In this document: positions 8,721-20,900 of the stretch, one piece after another | How positions within the stretch are numbered: position 1 is the stretch's first letter | Layout of the letters: each line of letters opens with the position of its first letter | From: Pristiophorus japonicus | Lineage: Eukaryota | Direction of reading: 5' to 3' | Length of the DNA: 64,000 nt | Assembly: GCF_044704955.1 (NCBI RefSeq) | Contig: NC_092010.1 | Coordinates: 6,572,001-6,636,000 of the forward strand | Made by a program: the position numbers and the translations under genes | Notes under the pieces: generated by a model | What the model was told of the DNA's origin: nothing | The model's input: the letters and a program-made list of their open reading frames with translations, nothing else | The model's database searches: none

Positions 8721-11700
8721 GTGGGGCTACGGGTGGAGCTGGGAGAGGGGCTGGAGGCGGGGAAGTGAGAGGGGCTGTGGGCGGAGCTGGGAGTGGGGCT
8801 GGGAGTGAGCCTTGGGGCGGAGCTGGGATTGTGTCTGGTGGGGCAGGTGTGAAAGGTGATGGGGGCGGAGCTGGTAGTGGGGCTGGGGGCGGAGCTGGGA
8901 GTGGGGCTGGGGGTGGAGCTGAGAGAGGGCTTGGGGCGGAGCTGGGAGGTAGGTTGGGGCGGAGCTGGGAGTCGGTCTGGGGACAGAGCTGGGAGAGGGG
9001 CTGTGGGCGGAGCTGGGAGTCGGTCTGGGTCGGAGCTGGGAGTGAGCCTTGGGGCGAAGCTGGAATTGTGTCTGGGGGGGCAGCTGTGAGACGGGCTGGG
9101 GCGGAGCTGGGAGTGAGCCTGGGGGTGGAGCTGGGAGTGAGCCTGGGGCTGGAGCTGGGAGAAGGGTTGGGGGCGGAGATGGGAGTGGGGCTGGGGGTGG
9201 AGCTGGGAGTGGGTCTGGTGGCGGAGCTGGGAGAGGGGCTGTGGGCTGAGCTTGGAGTGTGCCTGGGTGCGGAGCTGTGAGTGGGGCGGGTGCGGAGCTC
9301 GTAGTGGGGCTCTGGGCGGAGCTGGGAGATGGGCTGGGGGTGGAGCTGTGAGAGGGGCTGGTGGCGGAGCTGGGAGTGAGCCTTGGGGCAGAGCTGGGAG
9401 TGTGGCTGGGGGCGGAGCTGGGAGTGGGGCTGGGGACGGAGCTGCGAGTGGGGCTGGGGCCGGAGCTGGTAGTGGGGCTGGGGGGCGGAGCTGGGAGTGG
9501 GGTTGGGGGCAGAGCTGCGAGTGGGGCTGGGGCCGGAGCTGGGAGAGGGGCTGGCGGCGGAGCTGGGAGTGAGCCTGGGGGCGGAGCTGGGAGTGGGGCT
9601 GGGGCCGGAGCTGGGAGAGGGGCTGGGGGCGGAGCTGCGAGTGGGGCTGGGAGCGGATCTGGGCGAGGGCTTGGGGGCGGAGCTGGGAGTGAGCCAAGGG
9701 GCGGATCTGGGAGTGGGGCTGGGGGCGGAGCTGGGACTGAGCCTGAGGCCGGAGCTGGTAGTGAGGCTGGGTGAGGAGCTGGGAGTTGGCCTGGGGGCGG
9801 AGGTGGGAGAGGGGCTGGGGGCGGAGCTGGGCGTGAGCCTAGGCGCGGAGCTGGGAGTATGGCTGGGGGCAGAGCTGGGAGAGGGGCTGGTGGCTCAGCT
9901 GGGAGAGGGGCTGGGGGCTCAGCTGGGAGTGGGGCTGCAGGCGGAGCTGGTAGTGGGGCTGTGGGCTGAGCTGGGAGCGTGCCTGGGTGCGGAGCTGTGA
10001 GTGGGGCGGGTGCGGAGATCGTAGTGGGGCTCTGGGCGGAGCTGGGAGAGGGGTTGGGGGTGGAGCTGTGAGAGGGGCTGGGGGTGGAGCTGTGAGAGGG
10101 GCTGTGGGCGGAGCTGGGAGTGGGGCTGGTGGCGGAGCTGCGAGGGGGGCGCAGGGCGGATCTGGGAGAGGGGCTGAGGGCGCGGAAGTGAGAAGGGCTG
10201 TGGGGGGAGCTGGGTGTGGGGCTGGGGGCAGAGCTGGGATTGTGTCTGGTGGGGCAGCTGTGAGAGGGGCTGGGGACGGAGCTGGTAGTGGGGCTGGGGG
10301 CGGAGCTGGGAGTGGGGCTGGGGGTGGAGCTGAGAGAGGGTTTGGGCTGGAGCTTGGAGTGAGCCTGGGGGTGGAGCTGGGAGATGGGTTGGGGGCGGAG
10401 CTGGGAGAGGGGCTGTGGGTGGAGCTGGGAGTGAGCCTTGGGGCGAAGCTGGAATTGTGACTGGGGGGGCAGCTGTGAGAGGGGCTGGGGGCGGAGCTGG
10501 TCGTGGGGCTGGGGGCGGAGCTGGGAGTGAGCCTGGGGGTGGAGCTGGGAGATGGGTTGGGGGCGGAGCTGGGAGAGGGGTTGGGGGCGGAGCTGGGAGT
10601 GAGCCTGGGAGCGGAGCTGGGTCTGAGCCTGAGGCCGGAGCTGGGAGTGGGGCTGGGGGCGGAGCTGGGCGAGGGGATGGGGGCGGAGCTGGGAGTGAGC
10701 CAAGGGGCGGATCTGGGAGTGGGGCTGGGGGCGGAGCTGGGACTGAGCCTGAGGCCGGACCTGGGAGTGAGGCTGGGTGAGGAGCTGGGAGTTGGCCTGG
10801 GGTCGGAGGTGGGAGAGGGGCTGGGGGCGGGGCTGGGCGTGAGCCTAGGGGCGGAGCTGGGAGTATGGCTGGGGGCAGAGCTGGGAGAGGGGCTGGGGGC
10901 TCAGCTGGGAGAATAGCTGGGGGCTCAGCTGGGAGAGGGGCTGGGGGCGGAGCTGGGAGAGGGGCTGGGGGCTCAGCTGGGAGAGGGGCTGGGGGCGGAG
11001 CTGGGAGTGAGCCTGGGGGCGGAGCTGGGTGTGTGGCTGGGGGGGGGAGCTGGGAGTGGGGCTCTGGGCGGAGCTGGGAGAGGGGCTGGCGGCGGAGATG
11101 GGAGTGGTGCTGGGGGCGGAGCAGGGAGTGAGCCTGGGGGCGGAGCTAGGAGAAGGGTTGGGGGCGGAGCTGGGAGTGAGCCTTGGAGCGGAGCTGGGAG
11201 AGGGGTTGGGGCGGAGATGGGAGTGAGCCTGGGGGCTGAGCTGGGAGTGTGCCTGGGTGCGGAGCTGGGAGAGGGGCTGGGGGTGGAGCTGTGAGAGGGG
11301 CTGTGGACGGAGCTGGGAGTGGGGCTGGGGGCGGAGCTGGGAGTGGGGCTCAGTGCGGAGCTGGGAGGGGCTGGAGGCGGGGAAGTGAGAGGGGCTGGGG
11401 GCGGAGCTGGGAGTGAGCCTTGGGGCGGAGCTGGGATTGTGTCTGGTGGGGCAGCTGTGAGAGGGGCTGGGGGCGGAGCTGGTAGTGGGGCTGGTGGCGT
11501 AGCTGGGAGTGGGGCTGTGGGTGGAGCTGAGAGAGGGGTTAGGGTGGAGCTGGGAGTGAGCCTGGGGGGCGGAGCTGGGAGAGGGGCTGGGAGTGAGCCT
11601 GGGGGCGGGGCTGGGAGAGTTGCCAGGGGCTGAGCTGGGAGTGGGGCTGGGGGCGGAGCTGGGAGTGGGTCTGGGAGCGGAGCTGGGAGTGCGCCTGGGG

Positions 11701-14700
11701 GCGGAGCTGGGAGAGGGGCTGAGGACAGAGCTGGGAGTGGGGCTGGGGGCGGAGCTGGTAGTGGGGCTGGGGGCGGAGCTGGTAGTGGGGCTGGTGGCGG
11801 AGCTGGGAGAGGGGCTGGAGGCGGAGCTGGGAGTGTGCCTGGGTGCGGAGCTGTGAGTGGGGCGGGTGCGGAGCTCGCAGTGGGGCTCTGGGCGGAGCTG
11901 GGAGTGGGGCTACGGGTGGAGCTGGGAGAGGGGCTGGAGGCGGGGAAGTGAGAGGGGCTGTGGGCGGAGCTGGGAGTGGGGCTGGGAGTGAGCCTTGGGG
12001 CGGAGCTGGGATTGTGTCTGGTGGGGCAGGTGTGAAAGGGGATGGGGGCGGAGCTGGGAGTGGGGCTGGGGCCGGAGCTGGGAGATGGGCTGGGGGTGGA
12101 GCTGTGAGAGGGGCTGGTGGCGGAGCTGGGAGTGAGCCTTGGGGCAGAGCTGGGAGTGTGGCTGGGGGTGGAGCTGGGAGTGGGGCTGGGGACGGAGCTG
12201 CGAGTGGGGCTGGGGCCGGAGCTGGTAGTGGGGCTGGGGGGCGGAGCTGGGAGTGGGGCTGGGGGCGGAGCTGCGAGTGGGGCTGGGGCCGGAGCTGGGA
12301 GAGGGGTTGGCGGCGGAGCTGGGAGTGAGCCTGGCGGCGGAGCTGCAAGAGGGTTTGGGGGCGGAGTTGGAAGTGAGCCTTGGAGCGGGGTTAGGAGAGG
12401 GGTTGGGGGCGGAGATGGGAGTGAGCCTGGGGGCGGAGCTGGGAGTGGGGCTGGGGCCGGAGCTGGGAGAGGGGCTGGGGGCGGAGCTGCGAGTGGGGCT
12501 GGGAGCGGAGCTGGGCGAGGGCTTGGGGGCGGATCTGGGAGTGGGGCTGGGGGCGGAGCTGGGACTGAGCCTGAGGCCGGAGCTGGTAGTGAGGCTGGGT
12601 GAGGAGCTGGGAGTTGGCCTGGGGGCGGAGGTGGGAGAGGGGCTGGGGGCGGAGCTGGGCGTGAGCCTAGGCGCGGAGCTGGGAGTATGGCTGGGGGCAG
12701 AGCTGGGAGAGGGGCTGGGGGCTCAGCTGGGAGAGGGGCTGGGGGCTCAGCTGGGAGTGGGGCTGCAGGCGGAGCTGGTAGTGGGGCTGTGGGCTGAGCT
12801 GGGAGCGTGCCTGGGTGCGGAGCTGTGAGTGGAGCGGGTGCGGAGATCGTAGTGGGGCTCTGGGCGGAGCTGGGAGTGGGGTTGGGGGTGGAGCTGTGAG
12901 AGGGGCTGGGGGTGGAGCTGTGAGAGGGGCTGTGGGCGGAGCTGGGAGTGGGGCTGGTGGCGGAGCTGCGAGGGGGGCGCAGGGCGGATCTGGGAGAGGG
13001 GCTGAGGGCGCGGAAGTGAGAAGGGCTGTGGGGGGAGCTGGGTGTGGGGCTGGGGGCGGAGCTGGGATTGTGTCTGGTGGGGCAGCTGTGAGAGGGGCTG
13101 GGGATGGAGTTGGTAGTGGGGTTGGGGGGCGGAGCTGGGAGTGGGGCTGGGGGCGGAGCTGAGAGAGGGGTTGGGGCAGAGCTGGGAGTGAGCCTGGGGG
13201 TGGAGCTGGGAGTGAGCCTGGGGGTGGAGCTGGGAGAAGGGCTGGGGGCGGAGCTGAGAGTGAGCCAGGGGGCGGAGCTGGGAGAGGAACTGGGAGAGGG
13301 GTTGGGGGCGGAACTGGGAGTGAGACTGGGGGTGGAGCTGGGAGAAGGGTTGGGGGCGGATCTGGGAGTGAGCTAGGGGAGGAGCAGGGAGTGAGCCTGG
13401 GGGCGGAGCTGGGAGAAGGGCTGGGGGCGGAGCTGGGAGTGAGCCTGGGGGCGGAGCTGGGAGTGAGCCTGGGGGCGGAGCTGGGAGAGGGGCTGGGGGC
13501 GGAGCTGGCAGTGGGGCTGGGGTCAGATCTGGTAGATGGGCTGGGGGCTCAGCTGGGAGTGGGGCCGGGGCCGGAGCTGGGAGAGGGCTGGGGGCGGAGC
13601 TGCGAGTGGGGCTGGGGGCGGAGCTGGGAGAGGTGCTGGGGGCGGAGCTTGCAGTGGGGCTGGGGTCAGATCTGGTAGATGGGCTGGAGGCGGTGCTGGG
13701 AGTGGGGCCGGAGCTGGGAGAGGGGTTGGGGGCGGAGCTGGGAGTGAGCCTGGGGGCGGAGCTGGGAGAGGGGCTGGAGGCGGAGCTGGGAGTGAGCTAG
13801 GGGAGGAGCTGGGAGGGAGCCTGGGGTCAGAGCTGGGAGAGGGGTTGTGGGCTGAGCTGCGAGTGGGGCTTGGGCCGGAGCTGAGAGTGGGGCTGGGGGT
13901 GGAGCTGAGAGAGGGTTTGGGGCGGAGCTGGGAGTGAGCCTGGGGGCGGAGCTGGGAGTCGGTCTGGGTCGGAGCTGGGAGTGAGCCTTGGGGCGAAGCT
14001 GGAATTGTGTCTGGGGGGGTAGCTGTGAGAGGGGCAGGGGGCGGAGCTGGTAGTGAGGATGGGGGCGGAGCTGAGAGAGGGGTTGGGGCGGAGCTGGGAG
14101 TGAGCCTGGGGGTGGAGCTGGGAGTGAGCCTGGGGGTGGTGCTGGGAGAGGCACTTGGAGAGGGGTTGGGGGCGGAGCCGGGAGTGAATCTGGGGGCGGA
14201 GCTGGGTCTGAGCCTGAGGTTGGAGCTGGGAGTGGGGCTGGGGGCGGAGCTGGGAGTGAGCTCGGGGAGGAGCTGGGAGTGGGGCTGGGAGCGGAGCTGG
14301 GAGAGGGGTTGGTGGCGGAGCTGGGAGTGAGCCTGGGGGCGGAGCTGGGAGAGGGGCTGGAGGCGGAGCTGGGAGTGAGCCTGGGGGCGGAGCTGGGCGT
14401 GAGTCTGGGGGCGGAGCTGGGAGTGAGTCTGGGGGCGGAGCTGGGAGTGAGTCTCGGGGCGGAGCTGGGCGTGAGCCTGGGGTCAGAGCTAGGAAAGGGG
14501 TTGGGGGCAGAGCTGCGAGTGGGGCTGGGGCCGGAGCTGGGAGAGGGGCTGGGGCGGAGCTGGGAGTGGGGCTGCAGGCGGAGCTGGGAGTGAGCCTGGG
14601 GGCGGAGCTGGGAGTGGGGCTGGGGCCGGAGTTGGGAGAGGGGCTGGTGGCGGAGCTGGGAGAGGATCTGCGGGTGGAGCTGGGAGTGAGCCTGGGGCAG

Positions 14701-14929
14701 AGCTGGGAGTGAGTCTGGGGGCGGAGCTGGGAGTTAGCCTGGAGTCGGAGCTGGGAGTGGGGCTGGGGCCGGAGCTGGGAGAGGGGCTGGGGGTGGAGCT
14801 ACGAATGGGGATGAGGCCGGAGCTGGCGGCGGAGCTGGGAGTGGGGCTGCAGGCGGAGTTGGGAGTGAGCCTGGGGGCGGAGCTGGGAGTGGGCCTGGGG
14901 CCGGAGCTGGGAGAGGGCTGGGGGCGGAG

Positions 14930-17900
14930 CTGCGAGTGGGGCTGGGAGTGGGGCTGGGAGTGGAGCTGGTAGTGAGCCTGGGGCCGGAGCAGGGAGAGGG
15001 GCTGGGGCCGGAGATGGGAGAGGGGCTGGGGGCAGAGCTGGGAGTGGGGCTGGAGGCGGAGCTGCGAGAGGGGCTGCGGGCGGAGCTGGGAGTGAGCCTG
15101 GGGGCGGAGCTGGGAGTGAGCCTGGGGCAGAGCTGGGAGTGAGTCTGGGGGCGGAGCTGGGATTGAGCCTGGGGTCGGAGTTGGGAATGGGACTGGGGCG
15201 GGGCTGAGAGAGGGGCTGGGGACGGAGCTGGTAATGGGGCTGGCGGCGGAGCTGCGAGCGGGGTTGGGGGCGGAGCTGTGAGAGGATCTGGGTCGGGGCT
15301 GGGAGTGGAGCTGGGAGTGAGCGTGGGGGTGGAGCTGGTCGTGACCCTGGGGGCGGAGCTGGGAGAGGGGCTGGGGACGGAGCTCTGAGTGTGGCTGTGG
15401 GCGGAGGTGGGAGAGGGGCTGGGGGCGGAGTTGGGAGAGGGTCTGCGGGCGGAGCTGGGAGAGGGTCTGCGGGTGGAGCTGGGAGTGAGCCTGGGGGTGG
15501 AGCTGGGAGATGGGTTGGGGGCGGAGCTGGGAGAGGGGCTGGGGACAGAGCTGGGAGTGGGGCTGGGGACAGAGCTGGGAGTGGGGCTGGAGGCGGAGCT
15601 GGGAGTGGGGTTCAGGGCGGAGCTAGGAGTGGGGCTTCGGGTGGAGCTGGGAGAGGGGCTGGAGGCGGGGAAGTGAGAGGGGCTGTGGGCGGAGCTGGGA
15701 GTCGGTCTGGGTCGGAGCTGGGAGTGAGCCTTGGGGCGAAGCTGGAATTGTGTCTGGGGGGGGCAGCTGTGAGAGTGGCTGGAGGCAGAGCTGGGAGTAA
15801 GCCTGGGGAGGAGCTGGGATTGAGCCTGGGGGCGGAGCTGGGAGAGGGGCTGGGGGCAGAGCTGGGAGTGAGCCTGGGGGCGGAGCTGGGAGTGAGCCTG
15901 GGGGCAGAGCTGGTAGATGGGCTGGGGGCGGAGCTGGGAGTGGGGTTGGGGGCGGAGCTGCGAGTGGGACTGGGGCCGGAGCTGGGAGAGGGGCTGGGGG
16001 TGGAGCTGCGAGTGGGGCTGAGGCCGGAGCTGGGAGAGGGGCTGGCGGCGGAGCTGGGAGTGAGCCTAGGGGCGGATCTGGGAGTGGGGCTGGGGGCGGA
16101 GCTGGGACTGAGCCTGAGGCCGGAGCTGGGAGTGAGGCTGGGTGAGGAGCTGGGAGTTGGCCTGGGGGCGGAGGTGGGAGAGGGGCTGGGGGCGGAGCTG
16201 GGAGAGGGGTTGGGGGCGGAGCTGGGAGTATGGCTGGGGGCAGAGCTGGGAGAGGGGCTGGGGGCTCAGATGGGAGAGGGGCTGGTGGCGGAGCTGGGAG
16301 AGGGGCTGGTGGCGGAGCTGAGAGAGGGGCTGGTGGCGGAGCTGGGAGAGGGTCTGCGGGTGCAGCTGGGAGAGGGGCTGGTGGCAGAGCTGAGAGAGGG
16401 GCTAGTGGCGGAGCTGGGAGAGGGTCTGCGGGTGGAGCTGGGAGAGGGTCTGGTGGCGGAGCTGAGAGAGGGGCTGGTGGTGGAGCTGAGAAAGGGGCTG
16501 GTGGTGGAGCTGGGAGAGGGTCTGCGGGTGCAGCTGGGAGAGGGTCTGCGGGCGGAACTGGGAGAGTGCCTGGTGACGGAGCTGGGAGAGGGTCTGCGGG
16601 TGGTGCTGGAAGAGGGTCTGCGGGCGGAGCTGGGAGAGGGTCTGCGGGCGCAGCTGGGAGAGGGTCTGCGGGTGGAGCTGAGAGAGGGGTTTGTGGCGGA
16701 GCTGGGAGAGCGGTTGGAGGCGGAGCTGGGAGTGAGCCTTGGAGCGGAGCTGGGAGAGGGTCTGCGGGTGGTGCTGGGAGAGGGTCTGCGGGCAGAGCTG
16801 GGATTGGGGCTGGAGGCGGAGCTGGGAGAGCGGTTGGAGGCGGAGCTGGGAGTGAGCCTTGGAGAGGAGCTGGGAGAGGGGTTGTGGGCGGAGATGGGAG
16901 TGAGCCTGGGGGAGGAGCTGGGACTGAGCCTGAGGCCAGAGCTGGGAGTGGTGCTGGGAGTCAGCCTGGGGGCGGAGGTGGGAGAGGGGCTGGGCCGGAG
17001 CTGGGAGTGAGGCTGGGGGCGGAGCTGGGAGAGGGGCTGGGGGCGGAGCTGGGAGTGGAGCTGGGGGCGGAGCTGGAAATGCGCCTGGGGGCGGAGCTGG
17101 GAGTCTGCCGGGTTGGAGCTGGGGCCGGAGCAGGGAGAGGGGCTGTGGGCTGAGCTGGAAGAGGGGCTGGGGCCGGAGATGGGAGTGGGGCTGGAGGCGG
17201 AGCTGCGAGAGGGGCTGGAGGCGGAGCTGCGAGAGGGGCTGCGGGCGGCGCTGGGAGTGAGCCTGGGGGCAGAGCTGGGAGTGAGTCTGTGGGCGGAGCT
17301 GGGAGTAAGCCTGGGGGTAGAGCTGGTAGATGGGCTGGGGGCTCAGCTGGGAGAGGGGCTGGGGGCGGAGCTAGGAGTGAGCCTGGGGGTGGAGCTGGGA
17401 GAGGAACTTAGAGAGGAGTTGGGGGCGGAGCTGGGAGTGAGTCTGGGGGTGGAGCTGGGACAAGGGTTGGGGGCGGAGCTGGGAGTGAGCCTGGGGGCGG
17501 AGCTGGGTCTGAGTCGGAGGCCGGAGCTGGGAGTGGTGCTGGGGGCGGAGCTGGGAGTGAGCTAGGGGAGGAGCTGGGAGTGAGCCTGGGGGCGGAGCTG
17601 GGAGAAGGGATGGAGGCGGAGCTGGGAGTGAGCCTGGGGGCGGAGCTGGGAGTGAGCCTGGGGGCAGAGCTGGTAGATGGGCTGGGGGCTCAGCTGGGAG
17701 AGGGGCTTGGGGCGGAGCTAGGAGTGAGCCTGGGGGCGGAGCTGGGAGAGGGGCTGGAGGCGGAGCTGGGAGTGAGTCTGGGGGCGGAGCTGGGCGTAAG
17801 CCTGGGGTCAGAGCTAGGAGAGGGGTTGGGGGCAGAGCTGCGAGTGGGGCTGGGGCTGGAGCTAGGAGAGGGGCTGGCGGCGGAGCTGGGATTGGGGCTG

Positions 17901-20900
17901 GAGACGGAGCTGGGAGAAGGGTTGGGGGCGGAGCTCGAAGTGAGCCTTGGAGCGGAGCTGGGAGAGTGGTTGGGGGCGGAGATGGGAGTGAGCCTGGGGG
18001 CGGAGCTGGGAGTGGGGCTGGTGGCGGAGCTGGGAGAGGGGCTGTGGGCTGAGCTGCGAATGTGCCGGGGTGCAGAGCTGTGAGTGGGGCGGGTGCGGAG
18101 CTGGGAGATGGGCTGGGGGTGGAGCTGAGAGAGGGGCTGTGGGCGGAGCTGGGAGTGGGGCTGTGGGCGGAGCTGGGAGTGGGGCTGGTGGCGGGGAAGT
18201 GAGAAGGGCTGTGGGGCGAGCTGGGAGTGGGGCTGGGGGTGGAGCTGGGAGTGAGCCTTGGGGCGGAGCTGGGATTGTGTCTGGTGGGACAGCTGTGAGA
18301 GGGGCTTGGGACGGAGCTGGTAGTGGGGCTGGGTTGGAGCTGAGAGAGGGTTTGGGGCGAATCTGGGAGTGAGCCTGGGGGTGGAGCTGGGAGTGAGCCT
18401 GGGGCTGGAGCTGGGAGAAGGGTTGGGGGCGGAGATGGGAGTGAGCCTGGGGGCGGAGCTGGGAGTGGGGCTGGGAGTGGGGCTGGGAGTGGAGCTGGTA
18501 GTGAGCCTGGGGCCGGAGCAGGGAGAGGGGCTGTGGGCTGAGCTGGAAGAGGGGCTGGGGCCGGAGATGGGAGTGGGGCTGGAGGCGGAGCTGCGAGAGG
18601 GGCTGGAGGCGGAGCTGCGAGAGGGGCTGCGGGCGGCGCTGGGAGTGAGCCTGGGGGCGGAGCTGGGAGTGAGCCTGGGGCAGAGCTGGGAGTGAGTCTG
18701 GGGGCGGAGCTGGGATTGAGCCTGGGGTCGGAGTTGGGAATGGGACTGGGGCGGGGCTGAGAGAGGGGCTGGGGACGGAGCTGGTAATGGGGCTGGCGGC
18801 GGAGCTGCGAGCGGGGTTGGGGGCGGAGCTGTGAGAGGATCTGGGTCGGGGCTGGGGGTGGAGCTGGGAGTGAGCCTGGGGGCGGAGCTGGGAGAGGGGC
18901 TGGGGACGGAGCTCTGAGTGTGGCTGTGGGCGGAGGTGGGAGAGGGGCTGGGGGCGGATTTGGGAGAGGGTCTGCGGGCGGAGCTGGGAGAGGGTCTGCG
19001 GGTGAAGCTGGGAGTGAGCCTGGGGGTGGAGCTGGGAGATGGGTTGGGGGCGGAGCTGGGAGAGGGGCTGGGGACAGAGCTGGGAGTGGGGCTGGGGACA
19101 GAGCTGGGAGTGGGGCTGGAGGCGGAGCTGGGAGTGGGGTTCAGGGCGGAGCTAGGAGTGGGGCTTCGGGTGGAGCTGGGAGAGGGGCTGGAGGCGGGGA
19201 AGTGAGAGGGGCTGTGGGCGGAGCTGGGAGTCGGTCTGGGTCGGAGCTGGGAGTGAGCCTTGGGGCGAAGCTGGAATTGTGTCTGGGGGGGGCAGCTGTG
19301 AGAGTGGCTGGAGGCAGAGCTGGGAGTAAGCCTGGGGAGGAGCTGGGATTGAGCCTGGGGGCGGAGCTGGGAGAGGGGCTGGGGGCAGAGCTGGGAGTGA
19401 GCCTGGGGGCGGAGCTGGGAGTGAGCCTGGGGGCAGAGCTGGTAGATGGGCTGGGGGCGGAGCTGGGAGTGGGGTTGGGGGCGGAGCTGCGAGTGGGACT
19501 GGGGCCGGAGCTGGGAGAGGGGCTGGGGGTGGAGCTGCGAGTGGGGCTGAGGCCGGAGCTGGGATAGGGGCTGGCGCCGGAGCTGGGAGAGGGGCTGGCG
19601 GCGGAGCTGGGAGTGAGCCTAGGGGCGGATCTGGGAGTGGGGCTGGGGGCGGAGCTGGGACTGAGCCTGAGGCCGGAGCTGGGAGTGAGGCTGGGTGAGG
19701 AGCTGGGAGTTGGCCTGGGGGCGGAGGTGGGAGAGGGGCTGGGGGCGGAGCTGGGAGAGGGGTTGGGGGCGGAGCTGGGAGTATGGCTGGGGGCAGAGCT
19801 GGGAGAGGGGCTGGGGGCTCAGATGGGAGAGGGGCTGGTGGCGGAGCTGGGAGAGGGGCTGGTGGCGGAGCTGAGAGAGGGGCTGGTGGCGGAGCTGGGA
19901 GAGGGTCTGCGGGTGCAGCTGGGAGAGGGGCTGGTGGCGGAGCTGAGAGAGGGGCTAGTGGCGGAGCTGGGAGAGGGTCTGCGGGTGGAGCTGGGAGAGG
20001 GTCTGGTGGCGGAGCTGAGAGAGGGGCTGGTGGTGGAGCTGAGAAAGGGGCTGGTGGCGGAGCTGGGAGAGGGTCTGCGGGTGCAGCTGGGAGAGGGTCT
20101 GCGGGCGGAACTGGGAGAGTGCCTGGTGACGGAGCTGGGAGAGGGTCTGCGGGTGGTGCTGGAAGAGGGTCTGCGGGCGGAGCTGGGAGAGGGTCTGCGG
20201 GCGCAGCTGGGAGAGGGTCTGCGGGTGGAGCTGAGAGAGGGGTTTGTGGCGGAGCTGGGAGAGCGGTTGGAGGCGGAGCTGGGAGTGAGCCTTGGAGCGG
20301 AGCTGGGAGAGGGTCTGCGGGTGGTGCTGGGAGAGGGTCTGCGGGCAGAGCTGGGATTGGGGCTGGAGGCGGAGCTGGGAGAGCGGTTGGAGGCGGAGCT
20401 GGGAGTGAGCCTTGGAGCGGAGCTGGGAGAGGGTTTGTGGGCGGAGATGGGAGTGAGCCTGGGGGAGGAGCTGGGACTGAGCCTGAGGCCAGAGCTGGGA
20501 GTGGGGCTGGGAGTCAGCCTGGGGGCGGAGGTGGGAGAGGGGCTGGGGGAGGAGCTGGGACTGAGCCTGAGGCCAGAGCTGGGAGTGGGGCTGGGAGTCA
20601 GCCTGGGGGCGGAGGTGGGAGAGGGGCTGGGCCGGAGCTGGGAGTGAGGCTGGGGGCGGAGCTGGGAGAGGGGCTGGGGGCGGAGCTGGGAGTGGGGCTG
20701 GGGGCGGAGCTGGAAATGCGCCTGGGGGCGGAGCTGGGAGTCTGCCGGGTTGGAGCTGGGGCCGGAGCAGGGAGAGGGGCTGTGGGCTGAGCTGGAAGAG
20801 GGGCTGGGGCCGGAGATGGGAGTGGGGCTGGAGGCGGAGCTGCGAGAGGGGCTGGAGGCGGAGCTGCGAGAGGGGCTGCGGGCGGCGCTGGGAGTGAGCC

